A stretch of DNA of 64,000 bases from Escherichia phage vB_EcoM_JNE01. Below, one piece after another: positions 1 to 9,184 of the stretch. Each line of letters opens with the position of its first letter. Position 1 is the stretch's first letter. A model generated the notes under the pieces. That model was not told the DNA's origin, made no database searches, and worked only from the letters and a program-made list of their open reading frames with translations. The stretch lies in the sequence record OR670491. One strand, given 5' to 3'. Both the position numbers and the translations under genes were made by a program.

Positions 1-888
1 AGTAATTTTTGTTATACATGTTGGGATTGTAAGTCTTCAGTACTGGAAACTAATATAGATAATTTTTCAACCCGCAAAAAATGTCAACACTGTGGTATTA
101 TGAAACAACAGCACGGTACTAGTGTTCCAAAAACTGAAAGTCAATATAGACATGAATGTTTAAAACGTATTAAGCAAGAGAAAAAACCGTGGGAATATAT
201 TAAAACCATTAGCTATAATGACAAGAAAAACTCTAGAGTGGAATTCCACTGTAAAAAGCATGAGCGTAATTTCATTGTTACATTTGATGATTTCTTGGGT
301 AACAAAAGTGGTTGCGTGGACTGTGGAATAGAACGCACTAGTGAGTCCAAAAGAAAAGACCTCAAAACAATGAAATCCCAGTTGATAGGAATTCATGGTG
401 AAAAGTACACCTATGATGATTTTCAATATGATGAAAGTTATGATTATCACAGTACTGAATGTGTATTTGGATGTCCCATACACAAAGACGTGAAGATTTA
501 TAAAACTGTACCAAACTTTAGAAAAACTGATAGAGAACATTGTCCTGTGTGCAACGAACGTGAAGGAACAATGCGTGAACCATCAACACTATACGTCCAA
601 CGTATAACACACCCAAGTAAAGGTGTATTTTATAAGTTAGGTGTAACTAACGATATAAGCCGTAGGATTAGTCAACAAAAACATTATGCAAACACTGAAC
701 ATGAAGTATTGTTGATTGAAGATTTTGAAACTCGTAGAGAAGCACAAGACTTAGAACAGAAAATAAAAGGTACTATAACTAACAAGGTAGTTGATAAAGA
801 AGATTTCCCTGATGGATACACTGAAACTTTCAATGAATCTGATTTAGACTTAGTACTATCCATGATTAAAGAATGGAAAGCTATGTAA
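1..888 (+). CDS. Cys-rich zinc-finger protein with C-terminal T5orf172 (GIY-YIG-like) domain; 5' partial, reading frame is open from base 1
   Basis: Frame of the 100..888 ORF has no stop back to position 1; several CxxC pairs (CYTCWDC, CQHCG, CVDCG, CPVCN); C-terminal block LYVQRITHPSKGVFYKLGVTND...EHEVLL...EAQDLEQKIK resembles T5orf172/MUG113. Confidence 0.55.
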   Translation, partial: SNFCYTCWDCKSSVLETNIDNFSTRKKCQHCGIMKQQHGTSVPKTESQYRHECLKRIKQEKKPWEYIKTISYNDKKNSRVEFHCKKHERNFIVTFDDFLGNKSGCVDCGIERTSESKRKDLKTMKSQLIGIHGEKYTYDDFQYDESYDYHSTECVFGCPIHKDVKIYKTVPNFRKTDREHCPVCNEREGTMREPSTLYVQRITHPSKGVFYKLGVTNDISRRISQQKHYANTEHEVLLIEDFETRREAQDLEQKIKGTITNKVVDKEDFPDGYTETFNESDLDLVLSMIKEWKAM

Positions 889-912
889 CTAAACTAAAAG
901 GAGTTGACAAGG

Positions 913-1263
913 ATGTTAACTGTATACTTATTTCGCAAAGAAGAGTACTTAATGAGTCAGTACTCAAACATTGAGATTAATGTTCCATACGGCACGTATG
1001 TTGCTTATGATGAAGAAAGTGAAACATTGCATTACTATGATGACAAATTAGATTATAGTACTGAAAAGTTTATTGAAGATGTACTAACCTGTAGTACTGA
1101 AGAAATGGTGTATGAAATCTATCTCCAGAAGTACAGAGAACGTATGTCCAAGGTACATGCAGACGCACCAGTACTGAACATTAACCAGACTCCCTCCGAA
1201 TTCCAACCTTCCAACCCATTCCAGCGTTTAATAGATGCTGGGGTAAATTTCCGAATTAGTTAG
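913..1263 (+). CDS. hypothetical protein
   Basis: ORF with AAGGAG-like RBS upstream of the ATG at 913; the track start at 904 is a TTG. Confidence 0.45.
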   Translation: MLTVYLFRKEEYLMSQYSNIEINVPYGTYVAYDEESETLHYYDDKLDYSTEKFIEDVLTCSTEEMVYEIYLQKYRERMSKVHADAPVLNINQTPSEFQPSNPFQRLIDAGVNFRIS

Positions 1264-1301
1264 ATGATAAATATCTTCATAATAAAATGGAGATATTTTC
1301 T

Positions 1302-1610
1302 ATGTCACAAATATGTTATGTAATAACTAATGCTGCTTGGCCTGAGTATGTAAAGATTGGATTTACATCCAAATCAGAGATGACAGAAAGATTACGAACA
1401 TACCAAACTGCGACCCCATTCCGTGATTTTGAAGTGTATCATGAGGTTAAGTTCCCTGATGCTAGGGTTGCAGAGAAAGAGATTCATAAAAGACTAAAGC
1501 AGATGAATGCGACACGTCAGCCTAATACTGAGTGGTTCAAGATGCCTAAGAAGCTGGCAGCTAATATAGTTGACTCTGTACTTGACGATATGGAGAACGA
1601 TTTACTTTAG
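1302..1610 (+). CDS. T5orf172 / MUG113 domain protein (GIY-YIG superfamily)
   Basis: CYVITN...YVKIGFTS...ERLRTYQT...EIHKRL...NTEWFKM matches the T5orf172 pattern; GGAG RBS precedes the ATG at 1302; TGATAAATA late-promoter-like motif at about 1265. Confidence 0.7.
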   Translation: MSQICYVITNAAWPEYVKIGFTSKSEMTERLRTYQTATPFRDFEVYHEVKFPDARVAEKEIHKRLKQMNATRQPNTEWFKMPKKLAANIVDSVLDDMENDLL

Positions 1611-1650
1611 TAATAAATATAGTATATATTAATCATAAAGGGATTTATAC

Positions 1651-3324
1651 ATGAGCATAAGTTTTAATAACCCATTAGATACTATGACCAGTACTGGTGG
1701 TAACGGGTCATTGGAACTAATAGTGCTTGGTGGTACACCAACTAACCCAAGACCTATCCGTTTCAATTCATCATCAGTCATCATTCCAGTACAGACTTTA
1801 CCAGCGGGTGAAGCGGGTGCATTAGTATTTGACCGAGCGGAAGCAGTACTGAAATATCATAACGGTACTAGCTGGATTGCAGTATATGACACTGATACAA
1901 TTCTTGAACCAATTCGTTTATCTTTAGAAGAAGTAAACAGAAAATTAAATTTAAAAGTAGAAACTGTTTCTTATAGTAGTGGTTCTGTGCCGACTGCAAG
2001 TATCAGTGGTACTAACCTGAATATCGTATTCCCACTTCCTTCATCTTCTGGTGGTACTGGTCCAACTGGTCTATACACTTCAATGAAGCCTGGGGCAATT
2101 ACACAATATTCCTTGACTTCTGGACAATCTGTTAGTAGTATACGTGAACAGATGTCGGGTACTAGCGGTGGACAGAGTGGTAGAAACGGTACACAGAGTT
2201 CACCTTGGAAAACTTCCGATGGTTGGTGTTTTGCTGACGGAATGTGGTGGACATGGGCTGGTGATAGTGGTACAGTAACCAAACAAGTACCGAACCTTAA
2301 CCAGAACGCTTACTTGAAAGGTATGACCACAAGTGGTGTAACCAAAACTGATTCAACTATCAGTGGTAGTGGTTCTATCAGCAGTACTACATTGTCTATT
2401 GCACAGATACCTGCGATGCAATTTAGTTTTAGTGGAACAACTGGTGGTGGTGGTCGTCACAGTCATAGTCAAGCACTAAAAGGTATGGATAGAAGCGGTC
2501 TGAACGCATTGACATCAAGTAATGATAATGGTATACCTACAGTCATTAGTAACATTAACGAAGCTCCTGACCACGTTCACAGCTTCAGTGGTGTGACAAA
2601 CTGGCAAGGTGGTGGTCAAGGCCATACTCATGGACTTTCAGGTGTTGACGTAGACCACTTTAATGTGGCATACTTATACAACATTGCAGAATCCAACGTA
2701 GCATTAAGTGAAACAGTAGCTAACACTCGTTATGTACTGAAAACTGGTGATACAATGTCTGGTGCGTTGTCTATTGCGAACAGTGTTACAGTTCGTTCTA
2801 ATGATACATCATTAGTGTTCTATTTTAGAAATACTTCTGGTGGGGAACGTGCCGCAATTTATCATAGTTCTTCAAACAACACACTACGTTTAAGAAGTGC
2901 AGGTGGTACAGAAGTTTCTATCAACACAAGTGGTGGTTTATCTGCATCATCTCTATCAGCATCTTCTGCTACTATTAGTGGAACAGCAACAGCTAACGCA
3001 GTTTCATCTGCATCATTAACTGTATCTGGTCAATCTGCTGTAGTCGGTGGTAAAAACGTTGTTCGTTCAATCAACAACACGACTGCTGATAGTAATGGTA
3101 ACGTTACATTGACACTAGGTTCTGTGCAGGGTTTCCGTTTGGGTGCTAGAGTACAAAGTGGTAAACTATCAGCATCATCATGGAACTATGCACCAGATGG
3201 ATCAGTATTAGATGGTATATGGTTATCAGGTAATGGTAGTACTGGTACACACGTGGACAACTTTAGTTATCGCCAAATGGAAGTTCTCGTTAATGGAGTT
3301 TGGAAAATGGTAGATGTACTATAA
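1651..3324 (+). CDS. tail fiber protein (receptor-binding type) with three HxH motifs
   Basis: Gly/Ser/Thr-rich beta repeats; LKTGDTMSGALS motif typical of phage fibers; HSHS, HVHSF and HTHGLSG motifs like the metal-binding HxH sites of T4 gp12/gp37 tips; size close to T4 gp12. Confidence 0.7.
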   Translation: MSISFNNPLDTMTSTGGNGSLELIVLGGTPTNPRPIRFNSSSVIIPVQTLPAGEAGALVFDRAEAVLKYHNGTSWIAVYDTDTILEPIRLSLEEVNRKLNLKVETVSYSSGSVPTASISGTNLNIVFPLPSSSGGTGPTGLYTSMKPGAITQYSLTSGQSVSSIREQMSGTSGGQSGRNGTQSSPWKTSDGWCFADGMWWTWAGDSGTVTKQVPNLNQNAYLKGMTTSGVTKTDSTISGSGSISSTTLSIAQIPAMQFSFSGTTGGGGRHSHSQALKGMDRSGLNALTSSNDNGIPTVISNINEAPDHVHSFSGVTNWQGGGQGHTHGLSGVDVDHFNVAYLYNIAESNVALSETVANTRYVLKTGDTMSGALSIANSVTVRSNDTSLVFYFRNTSGGERAAIYHSSSNNTLRLRSAGGTEVSINTSGGLSASSLSASSATISGTATANAVSSASLTVSGQSAVVGGKNVVRSINNTTADSNGNVTLTLGSVQGFRLGARVQSGKLSASSWNYAPDGSVLDGIWLSGNGSTGTHVDNFSYRQMEVLVNGVWKMVDVL

Positions 3325-3839
3325 TGATGAACTTAAAAAACTTTAAGAAGTATAAAAAGTACTCTGAGCCTGATGGGTTCTTATATTTGATATGTGATGA
3401 GGGCATCGATTGGTATGATGCCCGACCATTATTTCAGAAAGACAGTACTAAATTTATGTATGACTCGAAAACTGGTATTATTGTATCAGCGTCACGTGAC
3501 GTAAATGATATAACACCAATGAATTTCTGTGTTTCTGAAGTTGAATATAACGGTGACGTGAATAACTTGTATGGTATGGTTTTTGATGGAGTAAACATAT
3601 CTCCTTATATAGAAACTGAACAGGAACGTGTATCAAGAATAAAAAATGAGTTGACACATATCAAACGAAGTGTTATCATTGAAATGAATCATCTTAAAAT
3701 GACAATTGACTGTGGAGTTGCAACTGATGATGAAATTAAACAGTTTGAAAAATTTCAGAGTTATGTAGTCGAGTTGTCAAAAATCACTGATGATGAAATT
3801 TTGAATGAATCATTCGTGATTCCACATAAACCTGAATAA
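3324..3839 (+). CDS. putative tail fiber assembly chaperone
   Basis: Starts at a TAATG overlap with the fiber gene stop; small protein directly downstream of the fiber gene (positional inference). Confidence 0.35.
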   Translation: MMNLKNFKKYKKYSEPDGFLYLICDEGIDWYDARPLFQKDSTKFMYDSKTGIIVSASRDVNDITPMNFCVSEVEYNGDVNNLYGMVFDGVNISPYIETEQERVSRIKNELTHIKRSVIIEMNHLKMTIDCGVATDDEIKQFEKFQSYVVELSKITDDEILNESFVIPHKPE

Positions 3840-3874
3840 AACTTTGGAACAAACCTCAAAGCAGTGATACAATA

Positions 3875-3910
3875 AAGACAACCTCATAATAACGGGTTGT
3901 CTTATTTTTT
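3875..3910 (+). terminator. rho-independent terminator
   Basis: AAGACAACC / GGTTGTCTT 9-bp stem followed by ATTTTTT. Confidence 0.6.
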
Positions 3911-3937
3911 CTAAAAACAAAATGGAGATATACACAA

Positions 3938-4237
3938 ATGGCTAAAGCAAATAAAGAAGTTAAAGTTGAAATCCGTGACCTAAACGACGAACAACGTAAA
4001 CGTCTAGGTGATGCACTGTCTAACGCAGTAGTTCAACTTACTTACATTGATGATCTACGTGCATCATTCACTGATTTCATCAAATCAACTTCTGATGAAC
4101 TAGGCATTGACGCAGCAGATATCAAACAAGCTGCACAACGTATCTATAAAGGCGACTACTTCGATAAGCAAAACAAGCTAGACAATATCGAAACTATTCT
4201 AAGTGTAACCAACAACCTACCACAAGCTGACGATTAA
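3938..4237 (+). CDS. hypothetical protein
   Basis: ORF with GGAG RBS. Confidence 0.5.
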   Translation: MAKANKEVKVEIRDLNDEQRKRLGDALSNAVVQLTYIDDLRASFTDFIKSTSDELGIDAADIKQAAQRIYKGDYFDKQNKLDNIETILSVTNNLPQADD

Positions 4238-4260
4238 TAAGTACTACAAACTATTCTTTT

Positions 4261-4288
4261 AGCCTCCAATGACGGAGGCTTTATTTTT
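4261..4288 (+). terminator. rho-independent terminator
   Basis: AGCCTCC / GGAGGCT stem followed by TTATTTTT. Confidence 0.65.
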
Positions 4289-4318
4289 AACTTAATACAA
4301 TGTAAAGGAATACGAACG

Positions 4319-7300
4319 ATGTATATCGATGCTTATATGGAACGTAAACGTACTGGTGATATCTTACACGTAGCAGAGCGTAAGAAAGGCAAACGCATTC
4401 TGCGTGAGGTTGACCCAGTATATGAGTATTTTGTAGAGTCGCCACTAGGTACTCATAAAACCGTCTATGGTACAATGGCACAACAACTTGAGTTCAGTTC
4501 TCAATCGCAGATGAACAAGAGTGTTGAGCAGCATAAACTTGAAGGTCTACGTATCTTTGAGAGTGATTGTAACATTACGTTTAAAACCTTGGCTAAAGAG
4601 TACATGGGTAAAGAATCGCCAGAACTTAATATTATGTTCTTCGATATCGAGACGGATTTTCATAAGAAGTTTGGTTATGCACCTCCGTCTGACCCATTCA
4701 ACCGTGTAACTGCTATTTCTTTGTATCAATCATGGACTGGTAAGGATTATGTACTGACTCTACCACCTGCTGATATGGAATTAGTTGAAGCACAAGATAT
4801 TGTAACTCGTTTGAACCAAGAAACTGATGATCCAAACAGCATTGTAATTCTCTATACTGACGAGAAAGAAATGTTCATGGAATTCTTCAGTCTAATGGAT
4901 GATGCCGATGTAATCTCTGGCTGGAACAGTGAGTTCTTTGATATTCCATACATGATTAACCGTACTCGTAAAATCTTCAATGAAGCGATGACGGCTCGTT
5001 GGTGCTTGTGGAATAAGAAACCATCCCAGCGTGAAGCAGATAACTTTGGTAAAACTGTAATCACATATGATTTGGTTGGTCGTGTTCACCTTGACTATCT
5101 CGCACTGTACAAGAAACACGCAGGACAAGTTGAGCAATCTTACAAGCTAGATGATATTGCTGAAAAAGTAACTAAAGAGAAGAAAGTAGCATATGAAGGT
5201 TCATTGGATAAATTATATCGTGAAGACTACATTACTTTCTTACGTTATTCTAAACAGGATAGTATCTTACTTAAAAAGATTGATGCTAAACAGGACTATA
5301 TCAACCTTCATAACCGACTGGCCCACAAAGAGTGTGTACTGATTAGTACTACAATGGGTTCTGTAGCACTGATTGATACTGCTATTATCAACCTAGCACA
5401 CAGTCGTGGTGAAGTAGTTTTCAACAAAGCACCTAAAGAAGACTTTGAAGTAGATCCAGAAATGGAGTACTATGAAGATGAAGAAGACGAAGAAGGTGAT
5501 GAAAAGATTAGTGCAAAAGCTGCTGGTGCATGGGTACAAGATCCAGTACTGGGTATTGTGGATTGGTTAGGATGTACTGACTTTAACTCCCTATATCCAA
5601 CCGTATTGCGTACACTCGGCATGAGTACTGAATGTATTATCGGTCAGTTGCGTCAGGATTATACTGAAGCGTATTTGGCTGCTAAGGTACAAGAGCAGAA
5701 AGCAAAATCTAAATCTAAATCTTTTGAACCTGACTGGACGGCAGCATGGCATGGTCTATTTGCAGCAGTTGAGTTTACAATGGTGCATGAAAAATCCGAA
5801 GAAAACATTATTGTTGATTTGGAAGATGGTAGTTCGTTCAATGCTACTGGTAAAGAACTATATGACATTATCTTTGCAGAAGACAGTACTATTGTACTAA
5901 GTGCAAACGGAACACTATTTGATAAGACAAAGTATGGTGTAATTCCAGAAATTCTAACTCAATGGTATTCTGAACGTAAAGCACAGCAGAAAATGGTAAT
6001 CGATTATAAGCATATGTATACTGATGGTTGGGAACTTCCACAACCAGCGACAGTTGAAGAACTTCTAAAGAACTTCACTCCTGGAACTATGCATCGTACT
6101 AACCTACATGAAGATGATCCAATTTACCTATTACGTCTTGCAATTGTTGCGGAAGAATGGGATAATGTTGCGAAGCTTATTGTAGAGAATGGAATTGAAT
6201 TGAAAGATGGTCGTATCTTCTGTTCTAAAGGGGATAAATCATACTTCAAACAACAAAGTGCATTCTGGAAACAGAACCAGCAGATTCGTAAGATTCTTCT
6301 AAACAGTCTGTATGGTGCACTACTGAACAAAGGCTCACGTTTCTTTGATAAGCGTTTAGGTCAGTCTGTAACATTGACTGGTCGTTCCATGACTAAACAC
6401 ATGGCAAGCCGTATCAATGAAATCACAACTGGTGTTTACAATCACCAAGGTGGTGTGGTAATATATGGTGATACTGACTCCGTATATTTCAGTGTAGCTC
6501 ATTACTTCAAAGAACAAAACATTCCATTCGACTTGACTAAAGAAGAAGTCGTTGATATGTACGTTAAAATTGGTGATGAAGTTGGTGAATCATTCCCTGA
6601 GTTCATGGACGAGAAATTTAACACTGGTATTGAGAAAGGACGCATTGTTGGTGCAGACCTTGAGATGGTCGGTTCCCGTGGTCTATTCTTGAAGAAAAAG
6701 CGTTATGCTATTCTTAAGTACTGGGAAGATGGTTTCCGTAAAGACATTGATGGACAGCCTGGTGAGATTAAGGCGATGGGTCTTGAAATTAAACGTTCAG
6801 ACACACCAAAATACATCCAGAACTTCCTACAGGAGACGCTAATTGCGTTGCTGGTGGGTGAGGATGAAGTCCAGCTAAAACAGCGTGTACGTGACTTTAA
6901 GAGCGTATTTAAAGACATGCCAGTACACCTTAAGGGTTCACCGAGAACCGTTAAGAACTACACTAACCTAGAAGCAGAATATGCAACTACTGGTAAGTGT
7001 AAAGTTGGACACGTACTAGCGGGTATCCAATGGAACCGTCTACGTGATGCATTCGAAGACAAGTCTGTACCGGAAGTAACTGATGGTACGAAAGTTATCG
7101 TATGTAACTTGAAAGATAACCCAATGGGTATTAAAGCAGTTGGTTATCCAATCGATTGTGCTGAGTATCTTCCAGAATGGTTCTTAGAACTACCATTCGA
7201 TGAAGAGAAAATGGAAGAAATCGTTCTAACTAAAAAGTTAGATAACATTTTTGGCATTCTTGATATGGATATTGGTATTCACGAGAAGAGTACTGCTGCA

Positions 7301-7327
7301 TTGAACAACGGATTTTTCACATGGTAA
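4319..7327 (+). CDS. 43: DNA polymerase, family B (T4 gp43-like), with 3'-5' exonuclease domain
   Basis: Exo I FFDIETD; pol motif A DFNSLYP; motif B KILLNSLYG; motif C YGDTDS; 1002 aa. Confidence 0.95.
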   Translation: MYIDAYMERKRTGDILHVAERKKGKRILREVDPVYEYFVESPLGTHKTVYGTMAQQLEFSSQSQMNKSVEQHKLEGLRIFESDCNITFKTLAKEYMGKESPELNIMFFDIETDFHKKFGYAPPSDPFNRVTAISLYQSWTGKDYVLTLPPADMELVEAQDIVTRLNQETDDPNSIVILYTDEKEMFMEFFSLMDDADVISGWNSEFFDIPYMINRTRKIFNEAMTARWCLWNKKPSQREADNFGKTVITYDLVGRVHLDYLALYKKHAGQVEQSYKLDDIAEKVTKEKKVAYEGSLDKLYREDYITFLRYSKQDSILLKKIDAKQDYINLHNRLAHKECVLISTTMGSVALIDTAIINLAHSRGEVVFNKAPKEDFEVDPEMEYYEDEEDEEGDEKISAKAAGAWVQDPVLGIVDWLGCTDFNSLYPTVLRTLGMSTECIIGQLRQDYTEAYLAAKVQEQKAKSKSKSFEPDWTAAWHGLFAAVEFTMVHEKSEENIIVDLEDGSSFNATGKELYDIIFAEDSTIVLSANGTLFDKTKYGVIPEILTQWYSERKAQQKMVIDYKHMYTDGWELPQPATVEELLKNFTPGTMHRTNLHEDDPIYLLRLAIVAEEWDNVAKLIVENGIELKDGRIFCSKGDKSYFKQQSAFWKQNQQIRKILLNSLYGALLNKGSRFFDKRLGQSVTLTGRSMTKHMASRINEITTGVYNHQGGVVIYGDTDSVYFSVAHYFKEQNIPFDLTKEEVVDMYVKIGDEVGESFPEFMDEKFNTGIEKGRIVGADLEMVGSRGLFLKKKRYAILKYWEDGFRKDIDGQPGEIKAMGLEIKRSDTPKYIQNFLQETLIALLVGEDEVQLKQRVRDFKSVFKDMPVHLKGSPRTVKNYTNLEAEYATTGKCKVGHVLAGIQWNRLRDAFEDKSVPEVTDGTKVIVCNLKDNPMGIKAVGYPIDCAEYLPEWFLELPFDEEKMEEIVLTKKLDNIFGILDMDIGIHEKSTAALNNGFFTW

Positions 7328-7339
7328 GGAGTTGTACAG

Positions 7340-7483
7340 ATGGTAAATCACGATATTGAAATGATCTTAGATGAAGTAAACGATACATTCTTCAATGTAA
7401 CTTTAGAGTTCACAGAAGAGGGTTTAGAAGACGCTTGGGCTGCTTATGTTGAATATGCAGCAACATATGGGGACAACCAATGA
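7340..7483 (+). CDS. small hypothetical protein (47 aa)
   Basis: AAGGAG RBS 7 nt upstream of the ATG; stop overlaps the next start as ATGA; not in the ORF track because it is under 60 aa. Confidence 0.3.
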   Translation: MVNHDIEMILDEVNDTFFNVTLEFTEEGLEDAWAAYVEYAATYGDNQ

Positions 7484-7785
7484 AAAACATTTACACACGT
7501 ATTGGTGAAGTACTGGATAACATTTCAGTTGATTCAGTACTGGCATACAACAATGACGAAGAAGAAGTTCTAAAAGGTGCGGGTTTTACCCGTACTGGTT
7601 CAGTTACAATCGATGATGAAATCGTTGATGTGTACAAACGTATTGAAAAACGTAATATTGTCGTTATTGATGATAAAGGCTGGACATTAAAAGACCTAGA
7701 AAACTTCCGAATTGAGCATCATATTGGTTTAGGTTCCGGTGATGATAACTTTGCTTATCTTGAAAAATGGAACACTAAATTCTAA
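7480..7785 (+). CDS. hypothetical protein
   Basis: ORF with translational coupling to the upstream small ORF. Confidence 0.5.
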   Translation: MKNIYTRIGEVLDNISVDSVLAYNNDEEEVLKGAGFTRTGSVTIDDEIVDVYKRIEKRNIVVIDDKGWTLKDLENFRIEHHIGLGSGDDNFAYLEKWNTKF

Positions 7786-7793
7786 AAAAATGA

Positions 7794-7829
7794 GACAAGC
7801 ACCAACAACCTGATATAATGGTGCTTGTC
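7794..7829 (+). promoter_or_regulatory. stem-loop enclosing an extended -10 promoter (TGATATAAT at 7811..7819)
   Basis: Perfect 10-bp inverted repeat GACAAGCACC / GGTGCTTGTC whose loop contains TGATATAAT; lies between the 7785 stop and the 7882 ATG. Confidence 0.55.
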
Positions 7830-7881
7830 GTTATCTGACACAGAAACAAATCTTTCAAAAACAAATAATGGAGAATATATA

Positions 7882-8613
7882 ATGGATCTACGCAATGTAC
7901 TACGTGACCTCGTAAACACTACTAGCGGCATCGACTTTACCTGTATCGCAATGAGTAGTGAAGACCGTGGTGATGGACAGCGTGTTTACATGGAATCATA
8001 CACTGAAGACCGTACCTTAGTTATGCGTGCATACACTAAAGAGAATGCTCCTGAAGTTCAAGGTCGTTTTGGTCTTGGTAACTTAGGTCTTCTACAGGGT
8101 CTAATGTCTCTAAAAACTTACAGTACTGAAAGCACCACTATCACACCTAATGTTAAAGACGGCGTTATCAAAAGTCTTGTATTTAAGTCTGATGATGCAA
8201 ACACTACCTTTATGGTACAAGCTGAAAAACTAATCCCAGCCCAGCCACGTTTCCATGAACAACCATATGACGTACAGGTTACACCTAGTGCAGCAAAGGT
8301 TCAGGAACTAAAAAGCTTCTCTGGTGTGTTTAAATCTTTCAGTTCACTAGTTACTCCTTACACTGAAGGTGATACACTTTACTTCCACGTTGGTGAGAAA
8401 AACAAAAGCAACCACGTTGGTGCTCTAGCATTCTCTAAAACTGACGGTGAGCTTGGTCTAGGGTTTGGTTATAGTATTGACCGTGTTCTACAAGCACTAG
8501 CCCGTGTTGCTAACTCCGAATCTGTATCTCTTGGTATTACCAAAACTGGTATGCTAAATGTACAAATTGACACTGGTATCGCAGTGTACAAATTCTACGT
8601 AAATGGTTGCTAA
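7882..8613 (+). CDS. 45: putative sliding clamp (T4 gp45-like)
   Basis: 243 aa from the ATG at 7882 (GGAG RBS); FGLGNLGLLQGLMSL and AKVQELKSFS regions align by eye with T4/RB69 gp45 (DLNGFLGILSL, EDLQQLLRVS). Confidence 0.5.
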   Translation: MDLRNVLRDLVNTTSGIDFTCIAMSSEDRGDGQRVYMESYTEDRTLVMRAYTKENAPEVQGRFGLGNLGLLQGLMSLKTYSTESTTITPNVKDGVIKSLVFKSDDANTTFMVQAEKLIPAQPRFHEQPYDVQVTPSAAKVQELKSFSGVFKSFSSLVTPYTEGDTLYFHVGEKNKSNHVGALAFSKTDGELGLGFGYSIDRVLQALARVANSESVSLGITKTGMLNVQIDTGIAVYKFYVNGC

Positions 8614-8621
8614 TATAAATA
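8614..8621 (+). promoter_or_regulatory. T4-type late promoter TATAAATA
   Basis: Exact TATAAATA match upstream of 8677. Confidence 0.5.
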
Positions 8622-8623
8622 AC

Positions 8624-8652
8624 GGGGAACATGGAGTTCCCCATAATTTTTT
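8624..8652 (+). terminator. rho-independent terminator (GGGGAAC...GTTCCCC family)
   Basis: GGGGAAC / GTTCCCC stem followed by a T-run; near-identical hairpins at 19030 and 60820. Confidence 0.65.
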
Positions 8653-8676
8653 GAATAATAAGTAAAGGAAGACAAA

Positions 8677-8883
8677 ATGCCACTATATACATATCGTTGT
8701 GAAAAAGAAGAATGCAAACATAGCATGGAAAAAATTGTGAAAATTGCCAATCGTGAGACACCGCATGATTGTCCAAAATGTAGTGGTGAACAAACAATGA
8801 AACTTGAAGTCTTTACACCAGGTGATAAAGGTGCTAACTTATATTTCCGTGGTAAATGGTTTGCAAACACTGGAGGTTACTGA
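8677..8883 (+). CDS. FmdB-family zinc-ribbon protein
   Basis: MPLYTYRCEKEEC...CPKCSG matches the MPxYxYRC...CPxCG zinc-ribbon pattern. Confidence 0.6.
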   Translation: MPLYTYRCEKEECKHSMEKIVKIANRETPHDCPKCSGEQTMKLEVFTPGDKGANLYFRGKWFANTGGY

Positions 8884-8884
8884 T

Positions 8885-9184
8885 ATGAAAATTAAAATGC
8901 AGAATGATTATGTACTGGTTCGTCAGATTGAAGCACAGAACAAAAGTAATGGCGGTATTATCCTCGGTAACGTTGAACCACCTTGTGTTGGTATGGTAAT
9001 CTCCGTTGGGCCAGGTAAAGTACTACCAAATGGTCAAATTGCAGAACACAACATTAACGTTGGTGACATGATTGTTTTTGGTCGTTCATCTCTAAATACT
9101 CCGATCACCGAAGATTTAGGTGGTGGTGAAGATACGTATTACGTAATGAAAATTGAAGAGATTTTTGGTAAGAAACATGGCTAA
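8885..9184 (+). CDS. GroES/Cpn10-type co-chaperonin
   Basis: YVLVRQ...NGGIILGN...GMVISVGPGKVL...VGDMIVFG...YYVMKIEEIFG follows the Cpn10 fold pattern; GGAGG RBS; start overlaps the upstream stop. Confidence 0.7.
   Translation: MKIKMQNDYVLVRQIEAQNKSNGGIILGNVEPPCVGMVISVGPGKVLPNGQIAEHNINVGDMIVFGRSSLNTPITEDLGGGEDTYYVMKIEEIFGKKHG

Noticed and set aside
160-540. Minus-strand ORF of 126 aa inside the zinc-finger/T5orf172 gene
   Set aside because: Fully embedded antisense to a plus-strand ORF with clear domain content; low-complexity hydrophobic translation typical of spurious antisense frames.
1971-2282. Minus-strand ORF inside the tail fiber gene
   Set aside because: Antisense to a well-supported gene; Pro/Gly-rich translation mirrors the Gly/Thr codons of the fiber.
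4287-6918. Several short ORFs (both strands) inside the DNA polymerase gene: 4287..4481, 4521..4709, 4547..4729, 4852..5137, 5659..5868, 6124..6330, 6703..6918
   Set aside because: All lie within the continuous 1002-aa polymerase ORF, which contains every expected motif in order; no RBS or promoter evidence.
4319-7327. Intein or intron in the DNA polymerase (1002 aa, about 100 aa longer than T4 gp43)
   Set aside because: No LAGLIDADG/HNH blocks and no terminal HN/nucleophile signature; the extra length is explained by an acidic insertion (YYEDEEDEEGDEK) and loops. The ORF is continuous.
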